Below are positions 23,301 to 34,170 of a stretch of DNA of 64,000 bases, piece after piece. Every line of letters starts with the position of its first letter. Position 1 is the stretch's first letter. The position numbers and the translations under genes were made by a program. The DNA is from Macrostomum lignano. Taxonomy: Eukaryota. The stretch is taken from positions 140,595 through 204,594 of the forward strand of contig NIVC01002100.1 in the NCBI GenBank assembly GCA_002269645.1. The letters are read 5' to 3'. The notes under the pieces are model-generated. The model worked only from the letters and a program-made list of their open reading frames with translations. It searched no databases and was not told the DNA's origin.

Positions 23301-24797
23301 AGAGTGCAGGGACAGGAGAGAGCAGGGACAGGAGAGAGCAGGGACAGGAGAGAGCAGGGACAGGAGAGAGCAGGGACAGGAGAGAGCAGGGACAGGAGAG
23401 AGCAGGGACAGGAGAGAGCAGGGACAGGAGAGAGCAGGGACAGGAGAGAGCAGGGACAGGAGTGAGCAGGGACAGGAGAGAGCAAGGACAGAAGATTGCA
23501 GGGACAGGAGAGAGCAGGGACAGGAGAGTGCAGGGACAGGAGAGAGCAGGGACAGGAGAGTGCAGGGACAGCTCAGCTCAGCTCACTTGTGGGGTCGGAC
23601 AGGGCAGGGCGCGTGGCCGAGGCGGCGAGTGACAGCTTCTTGATGGTGTTGTGGTTCAGCCAGAAGTTGATCGCGCCCATCACCCGCGATATGTTTCTGA
23701 AACTGGAACGAAGCGAATAATAAAATTAGCTGGAACTTTTCGCATTGACCAAGGAGAGATCTCACCCCTCGTCAGTCACGAGGTCTTGGTCTGTGTGGAA
23801 GGTCTGGGCTCCCTCTCGACAAACTCCCAGGTGACAGAAGGACCTGAGCACCGCACCCAGGCCGCTCGAAGCCAAGGGGGACGGTTTGAACTGGCAGGCC
23901 GACGATCTCTGAAAGAAGTCCTGCGACTGCCGGATGCCGATGAGGATGGAGATGATCACCAGCGGAGCGAGCAGCTCCATCAAAGTGGAGATCTGCAGAG
24001 TTTGAGCGGCGGTGTTGGATGATTCAGCGCTGAATTCGGGGCAGCCTCATCACTGCGAATCGGGGCAGCCTCATCACTGCGAATCGGGGCAGCCTCATCA
24101 CTGCGAATCGGGGCAGCCTCATCACTGCGAATCGGGACAGCCTCATCACTGCAATTCAGGACAGCCTCATCACTGCGAATCGGGACAGCCTCATCACTGC
24201 GAATCGGGACAGCCTCCTCATTGCGAATCAGGACAGCCTCATCACTGCGAATCGGGACAGCCTCCTCATTGCGAATCAGGACAGCCTCATCACTGCGAAT
24301 CGGGACAGCCTCCTCATTGCGAATCAGGACAGCCTCATCACTGCGAATCGGGACAGCCTCATCACTGCAATTCTGGCTGGTTAAGGAGGCCGTAGCCCAG
24401 TGGTCAAGTGCGGCGCTCTTATGTGCCAGCGGCCCAGGCTCAACTCTTATTGAACATAAGAGCTCAAGTGCAGTCACATTAATTTGGGGCTCGGTTGGAA
24501 TAACGGCTTGGGACTACTTGTGCAATCAACGCAATTGAGGGCAAACCTCCGAGGCACAGCCTAACGATAAACGAAGTTAGGGCCGCTGTACACTCCTGCC
24601 TGTGTGCCTGTGTGTATGACTGCGTACGTATCCGCGCTTGTGCGCCTGCTCAGGGGGATTTCAGGAAGTAGAAATGTAAAACCAATGAAACCAGCGCGTC
24701 ACAAGCGTTGCACACCGCGCGGACTTACCGGCCGTCTCTGCTTCAGCTTGATGTCCTTCCACAGCAGCACGCAGATCTGCTCACAGGCAGTCACCAT
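11332..24797 (-). CDS. ABCA: ABCA-subfamily (ABCA1/ABCA4-like) full-size lipid transporter, paralog B, complete (20 exons, 2272 aa)
   Basis: Exons on the - strand: 24797-24729 ([23 protein letters not shown], the typical ABCA N-terminus), 23992-23766, 23696-23587, 23024-22903, 22721-22533, 22397-22317, 22195-21904, 21354-21206, 21123-21004, 19848-19372, 18578-17901, 17701-17293, 17165-16797, 16424-15050, 14528-13733, 13113-12621, 12505-12295, 12153-11895, 11805-11458, 11376-11332 (TGA). All junctions are GT-AG and phase-compatible; the sum is 6819 nt = 2273 codons. Both NBDs have Walker A, signature and Walker B motifs. Confidence 0.94.
11465..13019 (-). repeat. Inverted-repeat arm of about 1.55 kb, near-identical to 4796-6350
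   Basis: Reverse complement of 4796-6350, including intron sequence. Confidence 0.93.
14557..15034. repeat. Perfect (GACT)n microsatellite, about 119 units, filling an intron of ABCA paralog B
   Basis: Uninterrupted gact repeats inside intron 14529-15049. Confidence 0.97.
18878..19054 (+). mobile_element. 5'-truncated non-LTR retroelement/SINE 3' end with (GTAA)n tail
   Basis: Ends ...aaaccttcgtttcatgtaagtaagtaag and is flanked by an 8-bp direct repeat gtagaaag (18870-18877 and 19055-19062). It lies in an ABCA-B intron. Confidence 0.6.
20492..20630 (+). pseudogene. Degenerate non-LTR retrotransposon reverse-transcriptase fragment (intronic, antisense to ABCA-B)
   Basis: Translates [26 protein letters not shown], then after a frameshift [14 protein letters not shown]. 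This matches the conserved W..a.vvfIpK.gK...yRPISLts block that opens non-LTR RT domains. Confidence 0.72.
23080..23570. repeat. 16-bp minisatellite in an ABCA-B intron
   Basis: Unit gcagggacaggagaga, about 30 copies. Confidence 0.95.
24038..24370. repeat. 24-bp minisatellite in ABCA-B intron 1
   Basis: Unit ggggcagcctcatcactgcgaatc, about 14 copies. Confidence 0.95.
24386..24455 (+). other. Degenerate tRNA-derived (SINE-head-like) sequence
   Basis: gaggccgTAGCCCAGTGGtcaagtgcggcgctcttatgtgccagcggcccaGGCTCAACTC: A-box-like and degenerate B-box-like motifs at tRNA spacing; stems are poor. Confidence 0.4.
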
Positions 24798-25419
24798 GTT
24801 CGTCTGTTTACTTTGAGAAATGCCGCTTCAACTCCGAGAGAGCGAGAGGCAGATTTTATTCTCCGAGCAGTGTAGCTTATTGCGTCAGAGCGGCTCTGAG
24901 AGCACGAAGCAAATTGTTGGCTGTGATGCACGCTGCCGCTCGCCAGTGAGGCCGATCCGGACTGAGAGAAGTGACGGTTTCAGCCGTAATTAAGCCATTT
25001 CGACTAATTGGCGCCGTGCTGCTCCTTCGGCCACAGACAAACTAAAATGCGAGCCAATTAGGCAAACGGCTGCGAACTAAACTGCTTGCTTTTTATTTAT
25101 TGCTGAGATTTGAATTGCTATTCCTACCTGTTGCAGCAGCTGTATTGTGTTGCGTTGCGTGTATTGTGATCGGGCCTTTGGTGCACTTTACTCTCAAGAT
25201 TTATCAATTCAATTCAAATGGGAGGCCCGTTCCATTTTGTACACCAAATCGATTGCCTTGTACATCACACTGGGGGCGTGAGCCTCGAGGGTTGCTGCAC
25301 CTGCTGATGAAGAGGGAGAGTCTAATGAATTTACATAGGAGTTTTTACTCATCTAGACCAACACAAGTTGAGACCTGAAAAACCAACCGTGCTGCCATTT
25401 GAGTCAGTGCGATTTCAAC

Positions 25420-26929
25420 AGGTGAGTCGTGCGCATAAGACTTGCGATTGAGCAGCTTGCAAGCACGTAGATATGTACGCTTAGCAACCCCATCGCTGGG
25501 GTACTTAAAGCGGCATTGTCACACAACCGGCGAGAGGCATTGCTGCCCATTCCGCCGACTCCCCGAGCAGTCAGGCGCATAAGCACACACTCGCACAGGA
25601 GTGTACAGCGTTTATTATTTACGGCGTTGGTTTATTGTTGGCCTTGGGGTTGGCTCTAAAAGGCGTTAATTTACGGACAGAATGACTGAAAGAATTTTGA
25701 TCGCGTTTCCTGCAATAGATGTCACAGCATTCAGGCACCTTTCGCAAAAATTTAGTCAATCTGCGTCATATATTTGCTTGGTGTGGTTACTGACTGTCTG
25801 AAATTGAACTAAAATAGATTACGTCATTGCTTGCAGGCAGGTGAAGACTGTGCATTGGGGCAGAGTGCAATTCTGGCTGGGTGCAAAAGGTGAGAATGGG
25901 TAATCAAGGGTGTCCAAAGCATTGCGTCTTCTTTGCATAGCTCTGGTTTTGCTAAATTTCTAAAGACTGATACTGACTGCCTGTGAAATCTATTACGCCA
26001 TAAGTGCTTCCTTTAACTGACTTGATGTGAGAACAAATTTATCGGGAGACCCAGCCTAGATGTGAACAGACTGGACTGCTGATGCAGCGAGCAGGGTTAG
26101 AATTTTGCACACGTTAAAACACCTGTTTTTATCGGTTTTTAGCAGTACACCGATACAAATCCTGACAGCACAAGAGAATTTCTGACTATAGTGCTCTGTG
26201 AAATTTTTGAGAATCATCTGTGCTGTCACACTGGGCACAACACTGCACAGAGCATTGCGCAGTGCATTGCACGTGCACGTTAATGGAAGGTTAATATGAA
26301 GCGAGAATTAAAGTTAATGGCCAAATTGCCACTTGTGCGCTGAAGCGCCAGCACCAGGGGCGCCAGCACCAGGGGCGCCAGCACCAGGGGCGCCAGCACC
26401 AGGGGCGCCAGCACCAGGGGCGCCAGCACCAGGGGCGCCAGCACCAGGGGCGCCAGCACCAGGGGCGCCAGCACCAGGGGCGCCAGCACCAGAGGCGCCA
26501 GCACCAGGGGCGCCAGCACCAGGGGCGCCAGCACCAGGGGCGCCATGTCTGAACTAGGACTTTCAGTTAATGACCATTCTTGACCAGCCATTAAGCAGAG
26601 GTCATTACCGTGAAGTGACATTTCGATCAATGCCAATGCTCAAGGGCAAGTTGCTGAGATGTCAAGGCCATGGAATTCTAGATATTAACCTAAATTAACC
26701 TTCCCGGATGAAGTCATCGTCCTTGAATTGCAAGGAGCAAAATCTTGATTGTTTTCTTGGGCTGCATTTTTATCTTTGAATGCGTTGCAGCAATTCTAGG
26801 AGAAGCAGTGGATTCGTGTACAGGAAACCCAAACAATGAAATTCTGCTGTCCGTTTCAGGATTCTCAGTGAAATTTCTTTGCAAGTAGCCGCCAGACTGA
26901 CAGTTGATTGCAGCACATCTGTAGCCCAT
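25420..26929 (-). pseudogene. Heavily decayed THAP-domain (P-element-like) transposase relic
   Basis: MGYRCAAINC...ISLFGFP..., then after a frameshift CSLQFKDDDF, a THAP C2CH-like pattern. A downstream fragment AVTSIAGNAIK resembles the YIAGY motif of P-like transposase C-termini (weak). Confidence 0.55.
26345..26545. repeat. 15-bp tandem repeat, about 13 copies
   Basis: Unit ggggcgccagcacca. Confidence 0.95.
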
Positions 26930-27225
26930 GTTTACAATTCTCAGAGAAAGAATCTTTCTGCAATCGCAACCCTGAACAAGTGGTCCTATTGGACTTTCAA
27001 GAAAAATGGGGGCTCAACTCAAAAGCCCAGGTTTTCTGGCTGTACATTTGTGCAGTCCTTTGTGCAAAGCTAAGTACGTTCAGCTGCTGGCCCAGCCAAG
27101 GAAATCTAGATCTAGTATCTGGAATAGCAACTCTTGAGTGGAGGCGCTCGGACCCGGACCCCAGTAGGCTGGTGCGAGGATAGAGAAAAATGGGGGAAGT
27201 CCGTGTGGGAAGGGGGGGCAGGCAC

Positions 27226-28237
27226 AGACCAATAGCAGACAACAGACCAATAGCAGACAACAGAACAATAGCAGACAACAGACCAATAGCAGACAACAGA
27301 ACAATAGCAGACAACAGACCAATAGCAGACAACAGACCAATAGCAGACAACAGACCAATAGCAGACAACAGACCAATAGCAGACAACAGACCAATAGCAG
27401 ACAACAGACCAATAGCAGACAACAGACCAATAGCAGACAACAGACTAATAGCAGACAACAGACCAATAGCAGACAACAGACCAATAGCAGACAACAGACC
27501 AATAGCAGACAACAGACCAATAGCAGACAACAGACCAATAGCAGACAACAGACCAATAGCAGACAACAGACCAATAGCAGACAACAGACCAATAGCAGAC
27601 AACAGACCAATAGCAGACAACAGACCAATAGCAGACAACAGACCAATAGCAGACAACAGACCAATAGCAGACAACAGACCAATAGCAGACAACAGACCAA
27701 TAGCAGACAACAGACCAATAGCAGACAACAGACCAATAGCAGACAACAGACCAATAGCAGACAACAGACCAATAGCAGACAACAGACCAATAGCAGACAA
27801 CAGACCAATAGCAGACAACAGACCAATAGCAGACAACAGACCAATAGCAGACAACAGACCAATAGCAGACAACAGACCAATAGCAGACAACAGACCAATA
27901 GCAGACAACAGACCAATAGCAGACAACAGACCAATAGCAGACAACAGACCAATAGCAGACAACAGACCAATAGCAGACAACAGACCAATAGCAGACAACA
28001 GACCAATAGCAGACAACAGACCAATAGCAGACAACAGACCAATAGCAGACAACAGACCAATAGCAGACAACAGACCAATTGCAGACAACAGACCAATAGC
28101 AGACAACAGACCAATAGCAGACAACAGACCAATAGCAGACAACAGACCAATAGCAGACAACAGACCAATAGCAGACAACAGACCAATAGCAGACAACAGA
28201 CCAATAGCAGACAACAGACCAATAGCAGACAACAGAC
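27226..28237. repeat. Highly homogeneous 18-bp minisatellite, about 56 copies
   Basis: Unit accaatagcagacaacag. Confidence 0.97.
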
Positions 28238-28848
28238 AACTGTTTTTGGCGTTGTGAAATTTAGATCTTATGAAGCGCCCCCGCTGGTAATATGCGAATG
28301 CAGATTTATCCATCCTCATTTAATGCAAAACTGTAAGGCCGTTGCCATAATTATACATTTTGCATGCAATAAATAAGAATGTGTGTGCTTTTATTAATTA
28401 TCTAAAAAATACAAAAATACAATATTCGTTTCATTTCCATACTTGAAAATCCGATATTAGTTTCTAGCGAGCATCTCATAGCCAAATATTTGTTCAAAGG
28501 CAAAAGCATGTGCGGCTGTGTGGGGTTTCCCCAGTCAGCCTACTAGCGTACGGGGCCAAAGGAGTTCCGGGAAGACTCCAGGTTCTAGTTCTAGATCTCT
28601 ATGATCCAATGTACGCTCGTACAAAGACCCATATTTTCATAAAGCTGCACATTTGTCAGGCTCGGTGAAACATGCTGTACAATTTCATTCACTATATGGA
28701 CTGTTGGGGAATTGGGATGAAATGCAGAGACCATCTTGACACGGGTTTGAACACCCAATGGCCGTGGACTAGTCAGACATTCCACTAAACAAAAAATACC
28801 TGACTAAGTGAGTCCACGTGTGGAGCCACGAAGACCAGTCTGTGAGAG

Positions 28849-29265
28849 GGGGGCGCTTCATAAGACCTAAATTTCACAACGCCTAAAGCACATGACTTCA
28901 CATCACCTAAATTTCATAACGCCCAAGTTTCACAACGCCTAAAATCGAAAATGCAGCCTCCTTCACAACGCCTAAATTTCACATCGCCTAAATTTCATAT
29001 CGCCTAAATTTCATATCGCCTAAATTTCATAACGCCTAAAACCAAAAATGCATCCTACTTCATATCGCCTAAATTTCATATCGCCTAAATTTCACAACGC
29101 CTAAAAATCTGCATGTTCTTTCATATCGCCTAAACTTCATATCGCCTAAATTTCACAACACCTAAAACTGAATGTGAAGGAGAGAAGCAAAGATTTTAGG
29201 CGTTGTGAAATTTAGGCGATATGAAATTTAGGCGTTGTGAATTTAGGTCTTATGAAAGCGTCCCC
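28849..29265. mobile_element. MITE with GGGG-starting TIRs, internal subrepeats and an 8-bp TSD
   Basis: The left end GGGGGCGCTTCATAAGACCTAAATTTCACAACGCCTAAA matches the reverse complement of the right end (GGGGACGCTTTCATAAGACCTAAATTCACAACGCCTAAA). TSD tgtgagag at 28841-28848 and 29266-29273. A solo end of the same family lies at about 28246-28282. Confidence 0.88.
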
Positions 29266-29385
29266 TGTGAGAGTCCGATCAGGTGATAGTGCACACGATA
29301 TGCCAAGGAGCGCTGCCATTGGTCCGCGTGGACTGGACTGCAGCCGTGGACTCGGGCTTCTCTGGGAATGGGAGAGCTAAAAATA

Positions 29386-29456
29386 GACTCATTGGCTGAG
29401 TGGGCCAGTGCGTCTGACTCGTAGTTAAAAGGTCGGAGGTTCGAATTTTGCTAGAG
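29386..29456 (+). other. tRNA-derived pseudogene/SINE head (Thr-CGT-like loop)
   Basis: A box TGGCTGAGTGG, loop CTCGTAG, B box GGTTCGAAT; acceptor stem not intact; followed by AT-rich and (AT)n sequence. Confidence 0.6.
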
Positions 29457-29485
29457 AAAGTATTATGTAAATGTAAATAATATCA

Positions 29486-29516
<31 letters not shown>

Positions 29517-30155
29517 CAAGAAAGCAGAAAATACAATAAATTTTAATTTTAATGAACAAACTTGAAACTATATTTGCTAAGATTGTTAGATTACTAAGGA
29601 TTATAACATTATTAAGATTAAGGCCTCGAAATACAAGCATAAGAAAAGTAGTATTGAAAGAGTATAAATATTATTATTACAACATAAATATTCAAAAAGT
29701 GAAAATACTTTTTTTAAGTGTTAGAGTTCGTATTCGTACTTCTTCATCTGTAATCACAATAGCTTGAATCAACAGCTCATTGCTGGATTGTATCAATAGA
29801 ATTTTAGGGATTGAAACAAAATTATTGCTTTCCACAACGGGTCGCAAGGTGGGGGTCCGGTAAGGGGGGCAAAGCATTGTCATGTTCCCCCTACAGCTTT
29901 TACTGAGGGACATGTCCCCGCCGCTGGCGACGCCCCCGGTTATTGTCATGCATTTAACACAATAAAGTAAGGTAAAAATTATTTAGACAGGTACGAATTT
30001 CTCAGAGACCACTAGCAGTATATGCAGGACGCTGCACTCAAAGATAGTGCAATTTTATTCGTGGCCGATTCCCTGGCAATAAATTTTAACTTTCTTATAA
30101 GTTTCGAAACAGTTTTTCACTCTTTCCAAACCTAGCGGTCGGTCCCGAGTCCATG

Positions 30156-30440
30156 CAGGGAATTCTCTAGACCTGGACGGGGAATTCTCTGGACCTGGAC
30201 AGGGAATTCTGTATACCTGGACAGGGAATTCTGTATACCTGGACAGGGAATTCTGTATACCTGGACAGGGAATTCTCTAGACCTGGACAGGGAATTCTCT
30301 AGACCTGGACAGGGAATTCTCTAGACATGGACAGGGAATTCTCTAGACCTGGACAGGGAATTCTCTAGACATGGACAGGGAATTCTCTAGACATGGACAG
30401 GGAATTCTCTAGACCTGGACAGGGAATTCTCTAGACCTGG
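30156..30440. repeat. 22-bp tandem repeat, about 13 copies
   Basis: Unit agggaattctctagacctggac. Confidence 0.93.
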
Positions 30441-30628
30441 AAGTGACACTGGCCAATGGGGGCGGGCCAAGTCAGGCCGACCTCTTCCGAGCCTGAGCCC
30501 AGCCCAGTTCATGCATATTGATGTTGCAAGCAAATAAAAAAGACCTTAATTTGTTACTTAGAAACATCAAAAATTATATACTGCACACAATAGAAATAGC
30601 ATCAGATAGTAGGCATTGCCATTCAAAT

Positions 30629-32196
30629 TTACCAAAAACTGTCAAAAGCCAGGATATGAAGGGAAAAGCAACGGAGAGAAGTGGTCCGGAACTGGGGGTT
30701 CAACTTGGCAATTTTTCGGCAGCTGTCGTTTTCTTTCAGGCCATCAGTTCTTCGCTTGCGAACGAGGGAAGGACGATTGATCTCTGTAGTGAAGTTCTTA
30801 AGAAAGCAGTTGAGAAGGCGGAAGGAAAACTGCCGAATCACTTGCCTGAGAGAGTGCTTAGAGCAACGAAAGCGACGCGATGCGAATTCAGCTGAATTCT
30901 GCATCTTGACAATGACCAGTGCAGCAAAGCCGCTGAGAAGCTTCTTCCAGATCGCTGCAGCCTCGAAGGTTCTCAAAAGCCACCTGTCATCGCTGCTGAG
31001 ACCATATATGGAGTCGCAGTTAAATTCCACTCTCTTCGCGGTGGTCACCTCGTCGATGATGAGGACCACATACTTCTCTCGAGGGTCAAGCGATCCTGCC
31101 CGCAGCTGAATGTACGCCTCCTCCACGATGCCAGACTCCTTGGAAAGAACGGATGTCAGCCTAACGAGATTCCTGATAGAGGGCAAGTAAACGGACCCAT
31201 CGTCCAGAATCGCCTTGTAGGCAGCGCGGCTAGTTGAAAAAACCAAATACGCCAGTACTGTTGTTGTTGGCGTATAGCGACGAGACGGCCCCGGGTGTGG
31301 ATCAGGGAAAATTGCTCGAGAAGGAACTTCACTTGTCCTTGAACATCTGATTCATCGCTCAGAGATCCGAGGTAGCTCCTCAAAACTTCCTCCACGAAAT
31401 CAGACGACGTGATGGGATCACGTGTCTCTCCTGTCTGGGCCAGAGATTTGAGGAATGTCAGCAGGTTCTCAGAAGGGGTTGCCTTCACAAACGCGAAATT
31501 TCACAACCGCTAAATCACCTACTTTCATAAACGCGAAACTTCATAACCGCGAATCTTCACAACCGCTAAATCACCTACTTTCACAACCGCGAAACTTTAT
31601 AACCGCGAAACTTCACAACCGCTAAAAAGACTGCCGTTTATCAAAGTAAACGCAAAAATTTTAGCGGTTATGAAGTTTCGCGTTTGTGAAGTTTCGCGTT
31701 TATGAAACCCACCCCTCAAAAGTGGAGAACAGATGGAGGGTGTCCTGCTGCTTTGGAAACAGATGTCCAAGCATGCTGCTAGTACAGTGAAGGCCATAAA
31801 CAAATGCCTGATACGTGAGATCTTCAAAGACAGTCAGTGAAGCTGTGAGGTGTGGAGCGGAGTCTGAGATGGATGTGTCGATCAGGAAAAAGGAAGCTAA
31901 TCCAGCGTTGGTGCTTCTTACAAATCCGGATGGAATATTGGCCGAATCCAACTTGTCTAGCAGGTCACTGAGTCTAGGTGGTCGGTTGATTCTCTGACGA
32001 AGTCAGCTTCCGTGAAGTGCTTCGAGCAGACACGCTGAGAAGACGTGGCCTTCAGGTCGGCGGTTGGTATAGCACGAAGCCACTGCTGTCTCAGTACAGG
32101 ATGCTTTGGGAAAGCATAATACTCGTAGCTTATTCCCACAGTTCCTTCTGGCGAACAGCCTGATTTGCAGCCGAACACACAGCACTTGTAACCCAT
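30629..32196 (-). pseudogene. Decayed, internally deleted THAP/P-element-like (THAP9-type) transposase
   Basis: THAP domain MGYKCCVFGC...FP...W...RVCSKHF, followed by a frameshift, a MITE insertion and a second frameshift. Then RRYTPT...SRAAYKAI...LPSIRNL...EKYVVLIIDE (first RNase-H Asp) is fused in frame to a C-terminal-like segment (LLNCFLKNF...RKIAKL); the catalytic core is missing. Confidence 0.82.
31476..31714. mobile_element. MITE (related family) inserted in the P-like transposase relic
   Basis: GGG...CCC termini, imperfect TIRs (ttcacaaacgcgaaa), internal tttcacaaccgctaaa subrepeats, and a TSD ctcagaag/ctcaaaag. Removing the element plus one TSD restores the reading frame FSTFENLLTFLKS. 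Confidence 0.82.
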
Positions 32197-32753
32197 GATT
32201 TATCTTTGCAAGTAACACAAAATGAGCAACTTGGGAACTTTGCGAAGACTTATACGACCGTAAAAAGAACGTACACCCGAGAAGGGCAAAAGTTGGTAGG
32301 CTGTGCATAGAACTTTTTGTCCCGCACAATGTACAATTGTGCAAAATGTCTTTGTCTGCAATCTTCCTCAGTTCCTTTTCTTCTTTCCCAAATGCAAATT
32401 TCTTCCTTCCCTTCTTATCTTACACCCCCCCCCATCTTCTTATCATTCACTCTTCCCCTCAAGCCTATGGTTTTTTCTAACATGTCTTAGACTCAGTCGG
32501 TTCCTCTCTTGTCCCTTCACAGCCAAAAATGAATGGCCTGACTTGGCCTGGGCACCCCGGCCCAGGGAATACTCTACAGAGTATTCTACAGAGTACTCTA
32601 TAGAGTATTCCCTAGACAGAGAAGCAAGGCCTTTGTGCCATGCTACAAAGAGTTTTACAGGATATTCCGTCACATCTACAAGCAAGAAGAAGAGAGGAAC
32701 TAGCCACCTTTTTTGGTCTAGAAACTGGCGACCTACCAATCGAGTTTTTCGCC

Positions 32754-33256
32754 ATGGCCCCTGATGATATCGCCGCAGCGAATGAAGCGCAAAATGTGAG
32801 TAGCGAAGAGAAGAAGATGGCGGATCTGCAGAAATTCAGGGAGAAGCTGTACGCATCCCGCGTAACACTAACTGATCAGCTGATGGATGCTGTTGATCAC
32901 CAGCTTCCATCTAGCGAGCAGAACATCATCACTAGGGTCAAGGCGGCTCTAGCAATGTACAAGAAGACTCAAATTGGAGGTCTACATTGGATTCTCGAAG
33001 TTGGGCGGCTGCTTACAACTTATCGCACCAAAGAGAAAAAAAGAACTTTGAACAAGGTGTTAAAGTGCGGTTCGCCCATTTGTGCAAAAATGTAAACATC
33101 CAGCAATCAACTGGCTATTTTTACATTCGTCTGTACAAACTGTCTGTTACCTACCCAGGCTTGAGACAGGTGTCGATGCCAATTAGGGAATTAAACTCTA
33201 AGATGAAGTTTCTAGAAGAAATTTTAGCCCGTGATCCTGCGTGGAAAACTGTGTAA
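32754..33256 (+). CDS. Hypothetical protein of about 167 aa, split by a 1-nt frameshift in an A7 run
   Basis: ORF 32640-33095 and ORF 32987-33256 join into one non-repetitive, helical-looking protein if the A7 at about 33036-33042 were A8. First ATG at 32754. Confidence 0.45.
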
Positions 33257-33282
33257 TTTTAAATTTAGTTCATTTAGAATTT

Positions 33283-33570
33283 TTCTAACGCGTTAGAATT
33301 CAAAGAGAAGATTCAACTACTAACTGGAGGCAACCGATTGGTTAAGTAGAGGAGGGAAGCAATTTTCTCAGTGCTGCGTACAGCTCAATCGGGGGGTTTG
33401 GAATTCTAACGCTGTTAGAAATTTCTATGTGAAAAGTTTCCCGCAAGATAAGCTTGGGCACACCAAATGTTCACATAGAAATTTCTAACAGCGTTAGAGA
33501 ATCTAGCTGCTGGCTCACAGGAAAGCTAGGCTGGCTCAGTATGTTGTTGAAAAATTCTAACGCGTTAGAC
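33283..33570. repeat. Cluster of four TTCTAACGCGTTAGA-type palindromes with a 29-bp inverted repeat
   Basis: Palindromes at 33283, 33404, 33483 and 33555; 33406-33434 is the reverse complement of 33470-33498. Confidence 0.88.
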
Positions 33571-34170
33571 AATTCTGAGAGCCTACATAGTGTCTGTTTT
33601 TTTCTATCAATTTTTTATAATCTTGTAATAGTTAATAAATATATAGTTCTAAATAATTAATAATAAAATTAATAGGCAAGCTATAAGAAAAGTATCCTCT
33701 TCCTTCTCTTCAAATTCACTGTTATTTTTGCAATTTGTAGAATGAGCTCTCAATAATTCTCTCTTAACTCATAAATTCCTTTCTGTTTTACTTCCTCAAT
33801 CTGTTTTGATTTTCTAGAAAACGTCTTTACTAAAAACTCTGCAGCTGGAGGACAAATGCTGGTAGAGAAACCAAATCCAGTGAAAAGAGTTGTATTGAGT
33901 AATTAATAAGGAGATTCACGAGATTGTGCTACAGTTTGAGACTGAAGACTAGCAATCTACGCCCCCCGTTGGGGAGCCAAAGAAATGCAATACACGTTTT
34001 TTTAATAAGCTACATGTATCCTTGAAATCTTAAAAAATCTCCTGTCAAACCTTGTAAGCCTTGACATGTCAGTTATCCCCCCCACAAGCTTTAACATATC
34101 AACTTCCCCCCTTGACATCTCAGCAATGCCCCCAATAAGCCTTGGAAATCTAAAAATATCTGTCAACCTT

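Noticed and set aside
23033-24477. Repetitive ORFs ([20 protein letters not shown] repeats)
   Set aside because: Intronic 16-bp and 24-bp minisatellites within ABCA-B.
26997-28319. ORFs of 264-440 aa (LLSAIG, RPIADN, VCCLLL repeats)
   Set aside because: Artefacts of the 18-bp tandem repeat.
29386-29456. Functional tRNA gene
   Set aside because: A and B boxes are present but acceptor and T stems do not pair; the same holds for the other tRNA-like segments.
29840-29945. GC-rich patch ending ggcgacgcccccgg as a DNA-transposon end
   Set aside because: No partner terminus or TSD could be identified.
31476-31714. MITE acting as a spliceable intron that rescues the transposase frame
   Set aside because: A GTGGGT donor exists on the - strand, but the nearby AG acceptors I tested give out-of-frame products with a stop.
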